64,000 bases of DNA from Pseudomonadota bacterium (GTDB lineage Bacteria; Pseudomonadota; Alphaproteobacteria; SHVZ01). This document shows positions 17,859 to 30,647 of the stretch, piece by piece. The notes below the pieces were generated by a model. The model searched no databases and had not been told where the DNA came from. It saw only the letters and a list, made by a program, of their open reading frames with translations. The stretch spans positions 10,700-74,699 of the forward strand of contig JACQAG010000022.1 of the NCBI GenBank assembly GCA_016195085.1. Reading direction: 5' to 3'. A program made the translations under genes and the position numbers. The first letter of the stretch is position 1; each line of letters starts with the position of its first letter.

Positions 17859-19354
17859 TGGCGCGACCGAAGGACGAGCCTTTTCCGGCACCGGTCTACA
17901 AGGAGACGGTGCTGGCGCCCTTGTTCGAGGGGGTGAAGCGCCACCACTGGCGCTATCAGATGCGCATCAACCGGGCGAGCGCGGTCATGCTGGCGGAGTG
18001 CGGCCTCATCCGCCCGAGCGAGGCGAAGGCGATCCTGGACGCGCTCGACGACATCGTCGCCACGCTCGACGTGGCGAAGCTGGTTTACACCGGCGAGCAC
18101 GAGGATTTCTTCTTCTACGTCGAATCCGAGCTGACGCGCCGCCTCGGTGTGGCGATCGCCGGCAAGCTCCACACCGGGCGCTCGCGCAACGACATCGACC
18201 ACACCGTCTTCAAGCTCGCCTTGAAGGAGCGGATCATTGTTTTTGCCGGGGCGCTGATCGGCCTCATTGAGACGACGCTCGGCGTCGCCGAGGCGAACCG
18301 CGCGACCCTTGTGGTGGCCTATACCCACGGCCAGCCGGCGCAGCCGACGACCTTCGGCCACTATCTCGGCGCCTTGATCGAGCAGCTCCTGCGCGATCTC
18401 GAGCGGCTCTCCGATGCCGCCCGCTATCCCGACAAGTCCAGCATGGGGGCGGCCGCGATCACCACGTCGGGCTTCGGCCTCGACCGCGCCCGCATGGCCG
18501 ATCTCCTGGGCTTCGCCGAGGTGCAGGAGAATTCCTATGGCTGCATCGCCTCGGTCGACTACGCGACCAGCGTCTACGCCCAGCTCAAACTCCTGTTCGT
18601 CCATCTCGGCCGCTTCGTGCAGGATCTGAATGCCTGGTCGGGATTCGAGGTGGGCCATCTCTATGTGCCCGACGCCTATGTGCAGATCAGCTCGATCATG
18701 CCGCAGAAGCGCAACCCCGTGGCGATCGAGCATCTGCGCCTCATGCTGTCGCTCGCCGCCCAGCGGGCGGAAGCGGTGATCTTCACGGTGCACAACACGC
18801 CCTACACCGACATGAACGATTCCGAGGGCGAGGTGCAGGCGGCGGGCTACGAAGCCTTCGACACGGGCCTGCGGGCGCTCACGCTCATCGCCGGCTTTCT
18901 AGGTGCCGTCCGCATCGACGAGGCGAAGGTGCGCCGGCACATCGAGGAGGCCTGCATCACCGTGACCGAGCTTGCGGACTCGCTCGTCCGCAAGGAAGGC
19001 CTCTCCTTTCGCCAGGCCCATGAGGTGGCGGCCCTGCTCGCCCGCCGCATGATCGATAGCCGCGAGATCTTCCGCACCGTGCCCTACGGCGCCTTCCTGG
19101 AGGCCTTCGCCGCTGTTGCCGGAAGAGAGCCGGGGTTGACCGAAGCCGAGTTCCGCCTTGTGACCACGCCCGAGCACTTCATCGAAGTCCGCACCATGCC
19201 GGGCGGCCCGGCGCCGGCTTCCCTATCCGCCAGCTTCGAGCGCTACCGGCGCCAGCTCGATCAAGCCCGGAGCTGGCTCAATGACTATCGCGGCCGGATG
19301 GAGCAGGCGGCGGAACGTCTGGACGAGGCGGCCTCCCGCCTGCAGCGGGGCTAG
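17858..19354 (+). CDS. Lyase class I (fumarase/aspartase) family protein, argininosuccinate-lyase-like, embedded in the sugar ABC operon
   Basis: GRSRNDIDHTVFKL and TFGHYLG... signature regions; ATG overlaps permease stop (ATGA). Confidence 0.65.
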   Translation: MARPKDEPFPAPVYKETVLAPLFEGVKRHHWRYQMRINRASAVMLAECGLIRPSEAKAILDALDDIVATLDVAKLVYTGEHEDFFFYVESELTRRLGVAIAGKLHTGRSRNDIDHTVFKLALKERIIVFAGALIGLIETTLGVAEANRATLVVAYTHGQPAQPTTFGHYLGALIEQLLRDLERLSDAARYPDKSSMGAAAITTSGFGLDRARMADLLGFAEVQENSYGCIASVDYATSVYAQLKLLFVHLGRFVQDLNAWSGFEVGHLYVPDAYVQISSIMPQKRNPVAIEHLRLMLSLAAQRAEAVIFTVHNTPYTDMNDSEGEVQAAGYEAFDTGLRALTLIAGFLGAVRIDEAKVRRHIEEACITVTELADSLVRKEGLSFRQAHEVAALLARRMIDSREIFRTVPYGAFLEAFAAVAGREPGLTEAEFRLVTTPEHFIEVRTMPGGPAPASLSASFERYRRQLDQARSWLNDYRGRMEQAAERLDEAASRLQRG

Positions 19355-19380
19355 TCTTGGATTTGGAGATGCTAGCGATA

Positions 19381-19482
19381 GCCCCCACCCTAGCCCTCCC
19401 CCACATGCGTGGGGGAGGGAAAAGAAGGGCGCAGCTCTTACTCCCTCCCTCGCCGAAGGCGGGGGAGGGCCGGGGTGGGGGC
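19381..19482. repeat. GC-rich structured palindromic repeat (subtype 1)
   Basis: GCCCCCACCC..CCCTCCCCC..GGGGGAGGG..GGGGTGGGGGC. Confidence 0.8.
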
Positions 19483-19511
19483 ATGCGCGTTCCCGAGAGT
19501 CGGTCCTAGCC

Positions 19512-20579
19512 GTGGCGCGGGTGACGCTGACGGGCGTGAGCAAAAGCTTCGGGACGGTCGAGGTCGTGCACGATCTCGACCTCGAGGTCGCCGACACGGA
19601 ATTCGTGGTACTGGTCGGCCCGTCGGGCTGCGGCAAGTCGACGATCTTGAGGATGATCGCCGGCCTGGAAGAGGCGAGCCAGGGTGACATCCTGATCGGC
19701 GACCGGCTGGTCAACAATGTCCCGCCCAAGCATCGCGACATCGCCATGGTCTTCCAGAACTACGCCCTCTATCCGCATATGAGCGTCTATCGGAACATGG
19801 CCTTCGCGCTCCGCGCCAAGCGCCTCGAGCCGGCCGAGATCGACCGCAAGGTCAAGGCGGCGGCGGCGATCCTCGGCCTGGAGGAGTATTTGGAGCGGCG
19901 GCCGGGCGAGCTCTCCGGCGGACAACGCCAGCGGGTCGCCATGGGCCGCGCCATCGTGCGCGATCCCGCGGTGTTTCTCTTCGACGAGCCTTTGTCCAAT
20001 CTCGATGCCAAGCTCCGCACCCAGATGCGGGCCGAGATCAAGAAGCTGCACCAGCGCTTGAGGACCACGATCATCTATGTGACGCACGACCAGGTCGAGG
20101 CGATGACCTTGGCCGACCGGATCGTCATCTTGCGCCAGGGCCGGGTCGAGCAGATCGGCACGCCGGGCGAGGTTTATCGCAGGCCCGCCAATCTGTTCGT
20201 CGCCGGCTTCATCGGCACGCCGGCGATGAATTTCCTCCCCGCCCGCCTCGCCGAGGGCGGTGTCGTGCTCGCCGACGGCAGTCGATGGTCCTTGCCCAGG
20301 CGACCAGCGGCGGAGGCGGGGCGGGAGGTCATCATCGGGCTCCGCCCGGAAGATGTGCGGCTTGCCGACGGCCCGGCTGCCGGGCGCTTCGAGGCAAGGG
20401 TCTCCATCGTCGAGCCCCTGGGCCCGGAATCGCTCATCACCGTCCTCTTCGCCGGTCAGGAAGTGGTGGCGAAGGCCGATGGCGACGCCGCTCCCGGCAT
20501 CGGCACCCCGCTCCAGCTCGAAGCCAACCTCCAGCGCCTGCATCTCTTCGATCAGACCAGCGGAATGGCGCTGATTTAG
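19512..20579 (+). CDS. ABC transporter ATP-binding protein (MalK/UgpC-like, with C-terminal TOBE domain)
   Basis: GPSGCGKST, LSGGQRQRVAMGRA, LFDEPLSNLD; GTG start at 19512. Confidence 0.8.
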   Translation: MARVTLTGVSKSFGTVEVVHDLDLEVADTEFVVLVGPSGCGKSTILRMIAGLEEASQGDILIGDRLVNNVPPKHRDIAMVFQNYALYPHMSVYRNMAFALRAKRLEPAEIDRKVKAAAAILGLEEYLERRPGELSGGQRQRVAMGRAIVRDPAVFLFDEPLSNLDAKLRTQMRAEIKKLHQRLRTTIIYVTHDQVEAMTLADRIVILRQGRVEQIGTPGEVYRRPANLFVAGFIGTPAMNFLPARLAEGGVVLADGSRWSLPRRPAAEAGREVIIGLRPEDVRLADGPAAGRFEARVSIVEPLGPESLITVLFAGQEVVAKADGDAAPGIGTPLQLEANLQRLHLFDQTSGMALI

Positions 20580-20617
20580 GCCGTTCCGCTAGCTGTTGTG
20601 GCCGGGACGCATCCTGA

Positions 20618-20665
20618 GAACAAAGCGTGAATTTTTCTTCTGGACAGCGAGAACAAAGCATGTAC
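20618..20665 (+). promoter_or_regulatory. Two tandem alphaproteobacterial-type LexA (SOS) boxes upstream of recA: GAACaaagcgtGAAT (20618-20632) and GAACaaagcatGTAC (20651-20665)
   Basis: Matches the GAAC-N7-GAAC direct-repeat LexA operator described for Rhizobium/Rhodobacter recA; sits 55-100 nt upstream of the recA ATG. Confidence 0.55.
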
Positions 20666-20721
20666 TCTTGCCGTCATTGCGCCGGCCGCGGCGCTTGTGA
20701 AATAACCGGGAGACGGGATCC

Positions 20722-21792
20722 ATGACGACGGTTCTGCGGGTCATCGAAAGGGACGGCGTGGACAAGACCAAGGCCTTGGATGCGGCTCTCAGCCAAATCG
20801 AGCGCGCCTTCGGCAAGGGCTCGATCATGAAGCTCGGGGCCCGCGAGGGCTCGGTCGAGACCGAGGTGGTGTCGACGGGATCCCTCGGCCTCGACATCGC
20901 GCTCGGCATCGGCGGTTTGCCCAGGGGCCGCGTCGTCGAGATCTACGGGCCGGAGAGCTCCGGCAAGACCACCTTGGCCTTGCATGTGATCGCCGAGGCG
21001 CAGAAGGCGGGCGGCATCTGCGCCTTCGTCGATGCCGAGCATGCGCTCGATCCCGGCTATGCGAAAAAGCTCGGTGTCGACGTGGACGAGCTCTTGATCA
21101 GCCAGCCCGACGCCGGCGAGCAGGCCCTCGAGATCGCCGACACGCTGGTGCGCTCCGGTGCGGTCGATGTTCTGGTGGTTGATTCGGTCGCAGCCCTCGT
21201 TCCCCGCGCCGAGCTCGAGGGCGAGATGGGCGACAACCATATGGGATTGCATGCCCGCCTGATGAGCCAGGCCTTGCGCAAGCTCACCGGCTCGATCTCC
21301 AAGTCCCGCTGCATGGTCATCTTCATCAACCAGATCCGCATGAAGATCGGCGTGATGTTCGGTAATCCGGAGACCACCACCGGCGGCCACGCGCTCAAAT
21401 TCTATGCTTCGGTCCGCCTCGACATCCGTCGCATCGGCGCCATCAAGGAGCGCGAGCAGGTCATCGGCAACCAGACCCGGGTCAAGGTAGTGAAGAACAA
21501 GATGGCGCCGCCGTTCCGCGTCGTCGAGTTCGACATCATGTACGGCGAGGGTGTGTCCAAGACCGGCGAGCTCGTCGACCTGGGGGTGGCTGCCGGCGTG
21601 GTGGAGAAGTCCGGTGCCTGGTTCTCCTATGAGGGCCAGCGCATCGGCCAGGGCCGCGAGAACGCCAAGTCGTTCCTCAAGGCCAATCCCGCCACCGCCG
21701 AGGCGATCGAGCGCGCCATCCGCCAGAATGCCGGCCAGGTCGGCGACAAGATGATGGCCGCCAGCGGCGACAGCACGGCGGCGAGCGAGTAG
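20722..21792 (+). CDS. recA: Recombinase RecA
   Basis: [23 protein letters not shown], Walker [11 protein letters not shown]2 loop [18 protein letters not shown]. Confidence 0.97.
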   Translation: MTTVLRVIERDGVDKTKALDAALSQIERAFGKGSIMKLGAREGSVETEVVSTGSLGLDIALGIGGLPRGRVVEIYGPESSGKTTLALHVIAEAQKAGGICAFVDAEHALDPGYAKKLGVDVDELLISQPDAGEQALEIADTLVRSGAVDVLVVDSVAALVPRAELEGEMGDNHMGLHARLMSQALRKLTGSISKSRCMVIFINQIRMKIGVMFGNPETTTGGHALKFYASVRLDIRRIGAIKEREQVIGNQTRVKVVKNKMAPPFRVVEFDIMYGEGVSKTGELVDLGVAAGVVEKSGAWFSYEGQRIGQGRENAKSFLKANPATAEAIERAIRQNAGQVGDKMMAASGDSTAASE

Positions 21793-21926
21793 CTCCCGAG
21801 GGCTCGCCCAAACCGAAATCCTTCTCCGCCGGCCCCCCGCAACCCCGGTCGGGTTCCGCAGTTCCGCCTCATCCGATGCGGAACTCAAGCGCGGGATCCG
21901 ACTGCCCGGCGGAGGAGCGTGAGCCC

Positions 21927-21965
21927 GCAGGCCCGGCCCCGTCCGGGCCTGCGGCGCCTTTTTTG
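21927..21965 (+). terminator. Rho-independent terminator after recA
   Basis: GCAGGCCCGG-ccccgt-CCGGGCCTGC followed by GGCGCCTTTTTTGG. Confidence 0.7.
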
Positions 21966-21974
21966 GAGACTCCC

Positions 21975-22400
21975 ATGGAGCAGCGTCTGAGCCTGATAAC
22001 CCTGGGCGTGGCCGACCTGGAACGGAGCCGTCGCTTCTATGAGCGCTTGGGCTGGAAACCGTCATCGGCTGGCGATGGTCACGTGTTCTTCTACCAGCTC
22101 CCCGGCATGGCGCTGGCGCTGTGGTCGCGGGCCTCGCTTGCTGCCGATGCCGGAATTGCCGATGTCGGCACCGGTTTCGGCGGCATCGCGCTTGCCCAGA
22201 ATGTTCGCCGGCGCGACGAGGTGGACGCGGTTCTGAGCCAGGCGGAAGCCGCGGGCGGACGCATCCTCAAGGCCGGCTCGAATGCGTTCTGGGGCGGCTA
22301 TACGGGCTATTTCGCCGATCCCAACGACCATCCCTGGGAAGTGGCCTGGAATCCGCAATTCAGCCTGGCCGCGGACGGCAGTCTGAAACTGCCGGATTAG
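21975..22400 (+). CDS. VOC/glyoxalase family protein
   Basis: MEQRLSLITLGVADLERSRRFYERLGW typical glyoxalase-fold N-terminus. Confidence 0.65.
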   Translation: MEQRLSLITLGVADLERSRRFYERLGWKPSSAGDGHVFFYQLPGMALALWSRASLAADAGIADVGTGFGGIALAQNVRRRDEVDAVLSQAEAAGGRILKAGSNAFWGGYTGYFADPNDHPWEVAWNPQFSLAADGSLKLPD

Positions 22401-22526
22401 GCCAGGGCAGGACCTCCGCCGCGATCGGATCGGTGTCCCGCCGTCCCAGTCCCGGGCACGCGCAGGGTGGGACAGGCGTGGAGTGCACCCCTTGGGTTAG
22501 GCAAAGGCATTAGGGACTAGCGAACT

Positions 22527-22628
22527 GCCCCCACCCCGTCCCTCCCCCGCATTCGCGGGGGTGGGTGTCGGAGAGGCGACATCGTGCCCCCTCCCTCGCC
22601 GCAGGCGGGGGAGGGATGGGGTGGGGGC
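22527..22628. repeat. GC-rich structured palindromic repeat (subtype 1)
   Basis: CCCCCACCCCGTCCCTCCCCCGC..GCGGGGG....GGGGGAGGGATGGGGTGGGGG. Confidence 0.8.
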
Positions 22629-22746
22629 ATGCGCCGCCGCCCCCGGCCCTGGACAGGGCCAGATTCGCACGGTAGAAGCGGGCTCGCCCGCCAGCCGGTA
22701 TGGCTCGCCCTCCGGCGGCGGCCCTCCAGAGTTCGCGGGTCTGCCG

Positions 22747-25407
<2,661 letters not shown>

Positions 25408-25434
25408 GCCAGGTTCTCCGGTTCGACACATCTT

Positions 25435-25469
25435 GCTCCCTCTCCCGCTGGGAGAGGGTTGGGGTGAGG
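25435..25469. repeat. Partial structured repeat (hairpin plus 3' arm, subtype 2)
   Basis: CCCTCTCCCGCtgGGAGAGGGTTGGGGTGAGGG. Confidence 0.7.
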
Positions 25470-25477
25470 GAAGGTCG

Positions 25478-25843
25478 ATGAGCATCGCTGGCGCGCGCAA
25501 GCTGCGCCGCCACCTGACCGATGTAGAGCGTCGCCTATGGACGGCGCTGCGCAATCGATAGCTCACCGGATTCAAGTTTCGTCGCCAGCACGCGCTGGGA
25601 CCCTATGTGTTGGACTTCTACTGTGAGCCCCACAAGCTGGCGATCGAAGTCGACGGCGGCCGGCACGGTGAAGCGAACGAGCACGACACCATCCGCACCG
25701 CATGGCTGGAAGCGCGGGGTTGCCGTGTCCTCAGGTTCTGGAACAACGAAGTGCTTGGCAATCTGCCCGGCGTCCTGGCAGCGTTGCCGGCTTCCCCTCA
25801 CCCGCTCGCTCGCGCTCGCGACCTCTCCCGACGGGAGAGGTAA
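25478..25843 (+). pseudogene. DUF559 (Vsr-like endonuclease domain) gene interrupted by an in-frame TAG at 25559-25561
   Basis: MSIAGARKLRRHLTDVERRLWTALRNR-stop-LTGFKFRRQHALGPYVLDFYCEPHKLAIEVDGGRHGE...; both halves in the same frame. Confidence 0.65.
25794..25841. repeat. Partial structured repeat (5' arm plus hairpin, subtype 2) overlapping the 3' end of the DUF559 ORF
   Basis: CCCTCACCCGCTCGCTCGCGCTCGCGACCTCTCCCGACGGGAGAGG. Confidence 0.7.
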
Positions 25844-25930
25844 ATTGCGAACGAAGAGGGCCCGATTGCGAGGGTACGTACTTTGCCGTTCTCTGCTAGC
25901 CTCTAGGCCGTGAGTCATTAGGGATCGATC

Positions 25931-26782
<852 letters not shown>

Positions 26783-26798
26783 GCGGCCGCCGGGTCTG

Positions 26799-27977
26799 AT
26801 GTTCACCCAATTTTTCCTCGAGCTGCGCCAAGCGCGGGTCCCGGCCACGCTCAACGAGTATCTGACCTTGATCGAAGCGATGCAGGCCGGCATCGCCCGG
26901 CATTCGATCGAGGATTTCTACTATCTCGCCCGCGCCTCTCTGGTGAAGGACGAAGCCAATCTCGACAAGTTCGACCGTGTCTTCGGCCGCTGCTTCAACG
27001 GCATCGAGACGCTCGATCTCGACCTTGTCGCCGAGATTCCCGAGGCGTGGCTCAAGAAGCTGGCCGAGACGCTTCTGAGCGAGGAGGAGAAGGCCAAGAT
27101 CGAAGCGTTGGGCGGCTGGGACAAGCTCATGGCGACCTTGCGCCAGCGCCTGGCCGAGCAAAAGGGCCGGCATCAGGGCGGCTCGAAATGGATCGGCACG
27201 GCGGGGACCTCGCCCTTCGGCGCCTACGGCTACAACCCCGAGGGTGTCAGGATCGGTCAAGAGGAGAGCCGCAACCGCCGCGCGGTCAAGGTCTGGGATC
27301 GGCGCGAGTATAAGAACCTCGACGACACCGTCGAGCTCGGCACCCGCAACATCAAGGTGGCCTTGCGCAAGCTCAGGCGTTTCGCCCGCGAGGGCGCGGC
27401 CTCCGAGCTCGACCTCCCCGGCACCATCCGCTCGACCGCGCACAATGCCGGCTGGCTCGATCTCAAGCTGGTGCCGGAGCGCCACAACACCATCAAGGTG
27501 CTGCTGTTCCTGGATGCCGGAGGCTCCATGGACGACCATGTGCGCGTCTGCGAGGAGCTGTTCTCGGCCGTCAGGGCGGAGTTCAAGCGCCTGGAATACT
27601 TCTATTTCCACAATTGCCCCTATGAGTGGGTGTGGCGCGACAACCGCCGGCGCTTCAACGAGCGGACCTCCACCCTCGAGGTCATGCGCAGCTATGGTGC
27701 CGACTACAAGCTGGTCTTCGTCGGCGATGCCAGCATGAGCGCCTATGAGATCGTGCGGCCCGGCGGCAGCGTCGAGCACTACAACGACGAGCCGGGGCAG
27801 ATCTGGATGCAGCGCCTGACCCAGCGCTACACCAAGGCGATCTGGCTCAATCCGGTTCCGGAGGAGCGCTGGGGCTACACCCAGTCGATCCGCGTCCTCG
27901 AGCGGCTGATGGCCGGCCGCATGTTTCCCCTGACGCTGGACGGGCTCGACCGCGGCATCCGCCTGCTCAATCGCTAG
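26799..27977 (+). CDS. VWA domain protein (CoxE-like partner of the MoxR ATPase)
   Basis: MIDAS-like LFLDAGGSMDDH; immediately downstream of the MoxR gene. Confidence 0.7.
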   Translation: MFTQFFLELRQARVPATLNEYLTLIEAMQAGIARHSIEDFYYLARASLVKDEANLDKFDRVFGRCFNGIETLDLDLVAEIPEAWLKKLAETLLSEEEKAKIEALGGWDKLMATLRQRLAEQKGRHQGGSKWIGTAGTSPFGAYGYNPEGVRIGQEESRNRRAVKVWDRREYKNLDDTVELGTRNIKVALRKLRRFAREGAASELDLPGTIRSTAHNAGWLDLKLVPERHNTIKVLLFLDAGGSMDDHVRVCEELFSAVRAEFKRLEYFYFHNCPYEWVWRDNRRRFNERTSTLEVMRSYGADYKLVFVGDASMSAYEIVRPGGSVEHYNDEPGQIWMQRLTQRYTKAIWLNPVPEERWGYTQSIRVLERLMAGRMFPLTLDGLDRGIRLLNR

Positions 27978-27983
27978 CTCCGA

Positions 27984-28119
27984 CCCTCACCCGCCTCGCT
28001 GCCGCTCGGCACCCTCTCCCGCCCGGGGAGGGTTGGGGAGGGGGTGATCCTCACCCCCTCCCATATTCCACCCCCGGCGGGAGAGGGAGGGGCCCGCGTC
28101 ATCGCGGGAGGGTGAGGGG
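27984..28119. repeat. GC-rich structured palindromic repeat, composite (subtype 2)
   Basis: GACCCTCACCCGCCTCGCTGCCGCTCGGCACCCTCTCCCGC...GGGAGGGTGAGGGG. Confidence 0.8.
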
Positions 28120-28122
28120 CTG

Positions 28123-28647
28123 CTACCTGGCGCCGCCGGCGGCCCCGCGGAATTTGTCGATGGCTTTTCTCAGCGCCAGCGCCAGCTCGCGGCCGATGGC
28201 GCCGCCATCGCCTTGGATCTTGTGGGTCACCACCGAGGCCATGGCGTCGACATGGGCGGCGATCACCACCATCTGCGCATCGTTCACCTCTCTCAGGTCC
28301 TGAACGAAGCTGCAGCAGGAGCGGCCGAACTTGCTCAAGAGCGGGTAGCCGAAGGTCTCGCCGGCGCCACGCATCTCGTTGGTGAGAGCCTCGATGCGCC
28401 TGACTGCCGCCAGGCGCGCCATCCCGGAGGTGGCGTTCGCCTCGACCACCGCGGCCTGGATCGCCGCCAGCTCGCGAGCGGCCTGGGTCTCATAGTCGGG
28501 GGCGAGGCGACCGACCGCCGCCTGCGCGGCGGCGATGAGCTTCGGGTCGATCTCGCCCGGTCTTTGGCCGGGCGGCGCGCCGACCTTGTCGCGCAAGCGG
28601 TTCTTGCGGTGGATGACTTTGACCTTCGGCCGGTCGTCATTGCTCAT
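28123..28647 (-). CDS. Hpt-like (histidine phosphotransfer) domain protein, tentative
   Basis: Alpha-helical, Ala-rich; HKIQGDGGAIG resembles the Hpt H-K-x-x-G-x-x-G-x-x-G phosphohistidine motif; overlaps upstream receiver gene. Confidence 0.35.
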   Translation of the reverse strand: MSNDDRPKVKVIHRKNRLRDKVGAPPGQRPGEIDPKLIAAAQAAVGRLAPDYETQAARELAAIQAAVVEANATSGMARLAAVRRIEALTNEMRGAGETFGYPLLSKFGRSCCSFVQDLREVNDAQMVVIAAHVDAMASVVTHKIQGDGGAIGRELALALRKAIDKFRGAAGGAR

Positions 28648-29185
28648 GGCTGACCTCAATGTCGGCGGCAGTCGTCTGCCGACGCTCGGTCTTGGGTGGG
28701 GACAGGGCGTGGCGGCGTCGGTCCGGGCCGATGAAGCCCGGAGCGACGATGAAGGGCCTCGGCTTGTCGATCACCGCCAGCAGCCGCTCAGAGATGCTGT
28801 TGATCGACATCGGCTTGCCCAGGAACTCGTTGGCACCGAGGTCGCGCGCCCGCTCGACGGCACCGGTGTCGGTGTAGGCGTTCATCACGATCACCGGCAC
28901 GTATTTCACCTGCTCCTCTTCGTGGCTGCGCAGCCAGGTCAGGAATTCCGGACCGCTGCAGGTCGGCATGGTCCAGTCGGTGATCACGATGTCGATGCGG
29001 TTGGCGGCCTCGAAGCTCGCCTGCATGAGCGAGACGATGCCTTTCGCCTCGGCGCCGTCCCTGGCGGTCAGCACCCTGCCCACATGGTAGGCGCGCAGGA
29101 TCGCGGTGATCAGCCGCATCATGAACAGGTTGTCGTCGACGACGAGGACCGTCAGCTTGTCGAAGCGGTAGTATTGCTTGGCCAT
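28637..29185 (-). CDS. Single-domain response regulator (CheY-like receiver) with an Arg-rich 40-aa C-terminal extension
   Basis: VLVVDDN, phospho-acceptor ITDWTMP, VMNAY..T, GKP; tail ...FIVAPGFIGPDRRRHALSPPKTERRQ. Confidence 0.75.
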   Translation of the reverse strand: MAKQYYRFDKLTVLVVDDNLFMMRLITAILRAYHVGRVLTARDGAEAKGIVSLMQASFEAANRIDIVITDWTMPTCSGPEFLTWLRSHEEEQVKYVPVIVMNAYTDTGAVERARDLGANEFLGKPMSINSISERLLAVIDKPRPFIVAPGFIGPDRRRHALSPPKTERRQTTAADIEVSHEQ

Positions 29186-29242
29186 TGGCGAGGCGGAGCT
29201 TAGCACGAGGCGGCGCCGGCGAGAGCCTGCGCCGGGTCTCTC

Positions 29243-30502
29243 TCAGTCCGCAGTACCGATGCGCTCGGAGCCTTCGAGCGCGGTTGCCATGCCGGTCAGG
29301 TTCCGGAATGACCAGGCATAGGTCGCGAGCACCAGCATGGCGCCCAGCGCCAGCGGCCATCTGAGGCCGATCCACTCGGAGGCGACACCCATGATCAGCG
29401 CCCCCACCGCCGGGCCGCTGCGAAAGACCATGCCGTAGAGGCTCAGCACCCGGCCGCGCATGGCGGGCGCCACCGCGGACTGCACCAGGGTCTGCGCGGC
29501 AACGCCGTTCATCGTCATGGCAGCACCGGAGAAGCCGAGGGTGGCGACGCCGAGCCAGAACCAGTCGGTCACGCTGAACAGGAGCGCCGAGGCGGCCACG
29601 GCGGCACCGCTGGTGATCGACAACCGGGTGAGACCCTTGATGTGGCCGCGCTGGGCGAGCCAAAGCCCGCCGATCACCGCGCCGACGCCGACCGAGGCGG
29701 TCAGCATCGCCAAGCCGTCGGCGCCGCGTCCATAGATGGCCCCGGCGAAGCCCGGCAGCAGTTCGACGACCGGCCTGGCGCCGATGCTTCCGACCATCAG
29801 CAAGAGTAGGATCGGCCCGATTCCGCGGTGCCGGGCGGCGTAGGCGTAGCCCGCGCCGATGTCGCTGAGGAGGCCGCCCGTGGCCGGCTTCGCATGGACG
29901 CTGCGCGGAATGCGAATGCGCCAGAGCGAGGTCAAGAACGCGAGGAACATGACGGCATTGCAGGCGAATGCCCACGCCGGACCGGCGGCGACGATCGCCA
30001 GCCCAGCCGCCGAGGGCCCGAGAAAGCGCGCCGTGTTGAAGGTGATGGAGTTGATCGCCACCGCCACCGGCAGGTCGGCGCGCGGCACCAGATTGGCGAT
30101 GATCGACAGCCTGGCCGGCTGGTTGAACGCGGTCACCACCCCCTGAAACGCCGTCAGCGCCAGGAGATACCAGATGGTGAGCGTGCCGGTGAAGGCGAGG
30201 ACCGCCAGCGTGCTCGCTTGCGCCATCAGCAAGCCTTGGGTCAGGCGCGAGACGCTGAGCCCGTCATGGCGATCGACCACCGCGCCGGCGATGGGTGCGA
30301 CGAAGGTGCTGGGGAAGAATTCGGCGAACGACATGAGGCCGAGCCAGGCGCCGGATTGGGTCAGCTGCCAGGTGACCCAGCCGACCGCGATCCGCTGCAT
30401 CCAGGTGCCGATGAGCGAGATGCTGTTGCCCGACGCGTACACCCGATAATTCGGGTGGCTCAAAGCGCTGAGGATCGGTTTGAGGCGCGTCGGCAGCGGC
30501 AT
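29243..30502 (-). CDS. MFS transporter (EntS/YbdA-like)
   Basis: 12 predicted TM; HPNYRVYASGNSISLIGTWMQRIAVGW N-terminus. Confidence 0.7.
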   Translation of the reverse strand: MPLPTRLKPILSALSHPNYRVYASGNSISLIGTWMQRIAVGWVTWQLTQSGAWLGLMSFAEFFPSTFVAPIAGAVVDRHDGLSVSRLTQGLLMAQASTLAVLAFTGTLTIWYLLALTAFQGVVTAFNQPARLSIIANLVPRADLPVAVAINSITFNTARFLGPSAAGLAIVAAGPAWAFACNAVMFLAFLTSLWRIRIPRSVHAKPATGGLLSDIGAGYAYAARHRGIGPILLLLMVGSIGARPVVELLPGFAGAIYGRGADGLAMLTASVGVGAVIGGLWLAQRGHIKGLTRLSITSGAAVAASALLFSVTDWFWLGVATLGFSGAAMTMNGVAAQTLVQSAVAPAMRGRVLSLYGMVFRSGPAVGALIMGVASEWIGLRWPLALGAMLVLATYAWSFRNLTGMATALEGSERIGTAD

Positions 30503-30647
30503 CGGGCGAGAATTCTATCTGGCGCATAGCCGCTCCCCAGGGTCAAGCAAGATCCCCGCCGCGCGCCGGAAGCGGGTGACAAGCGCGGGTTCGACGTGCA
30601 GCATAGCGCCCGGTTTCAGCGACCCACGCATCCCCCGGGGGAGACTC

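Noticed and set aside
20674-22065. 463-aa minus-strand ORF
   Set aside because: Antisense to recA.
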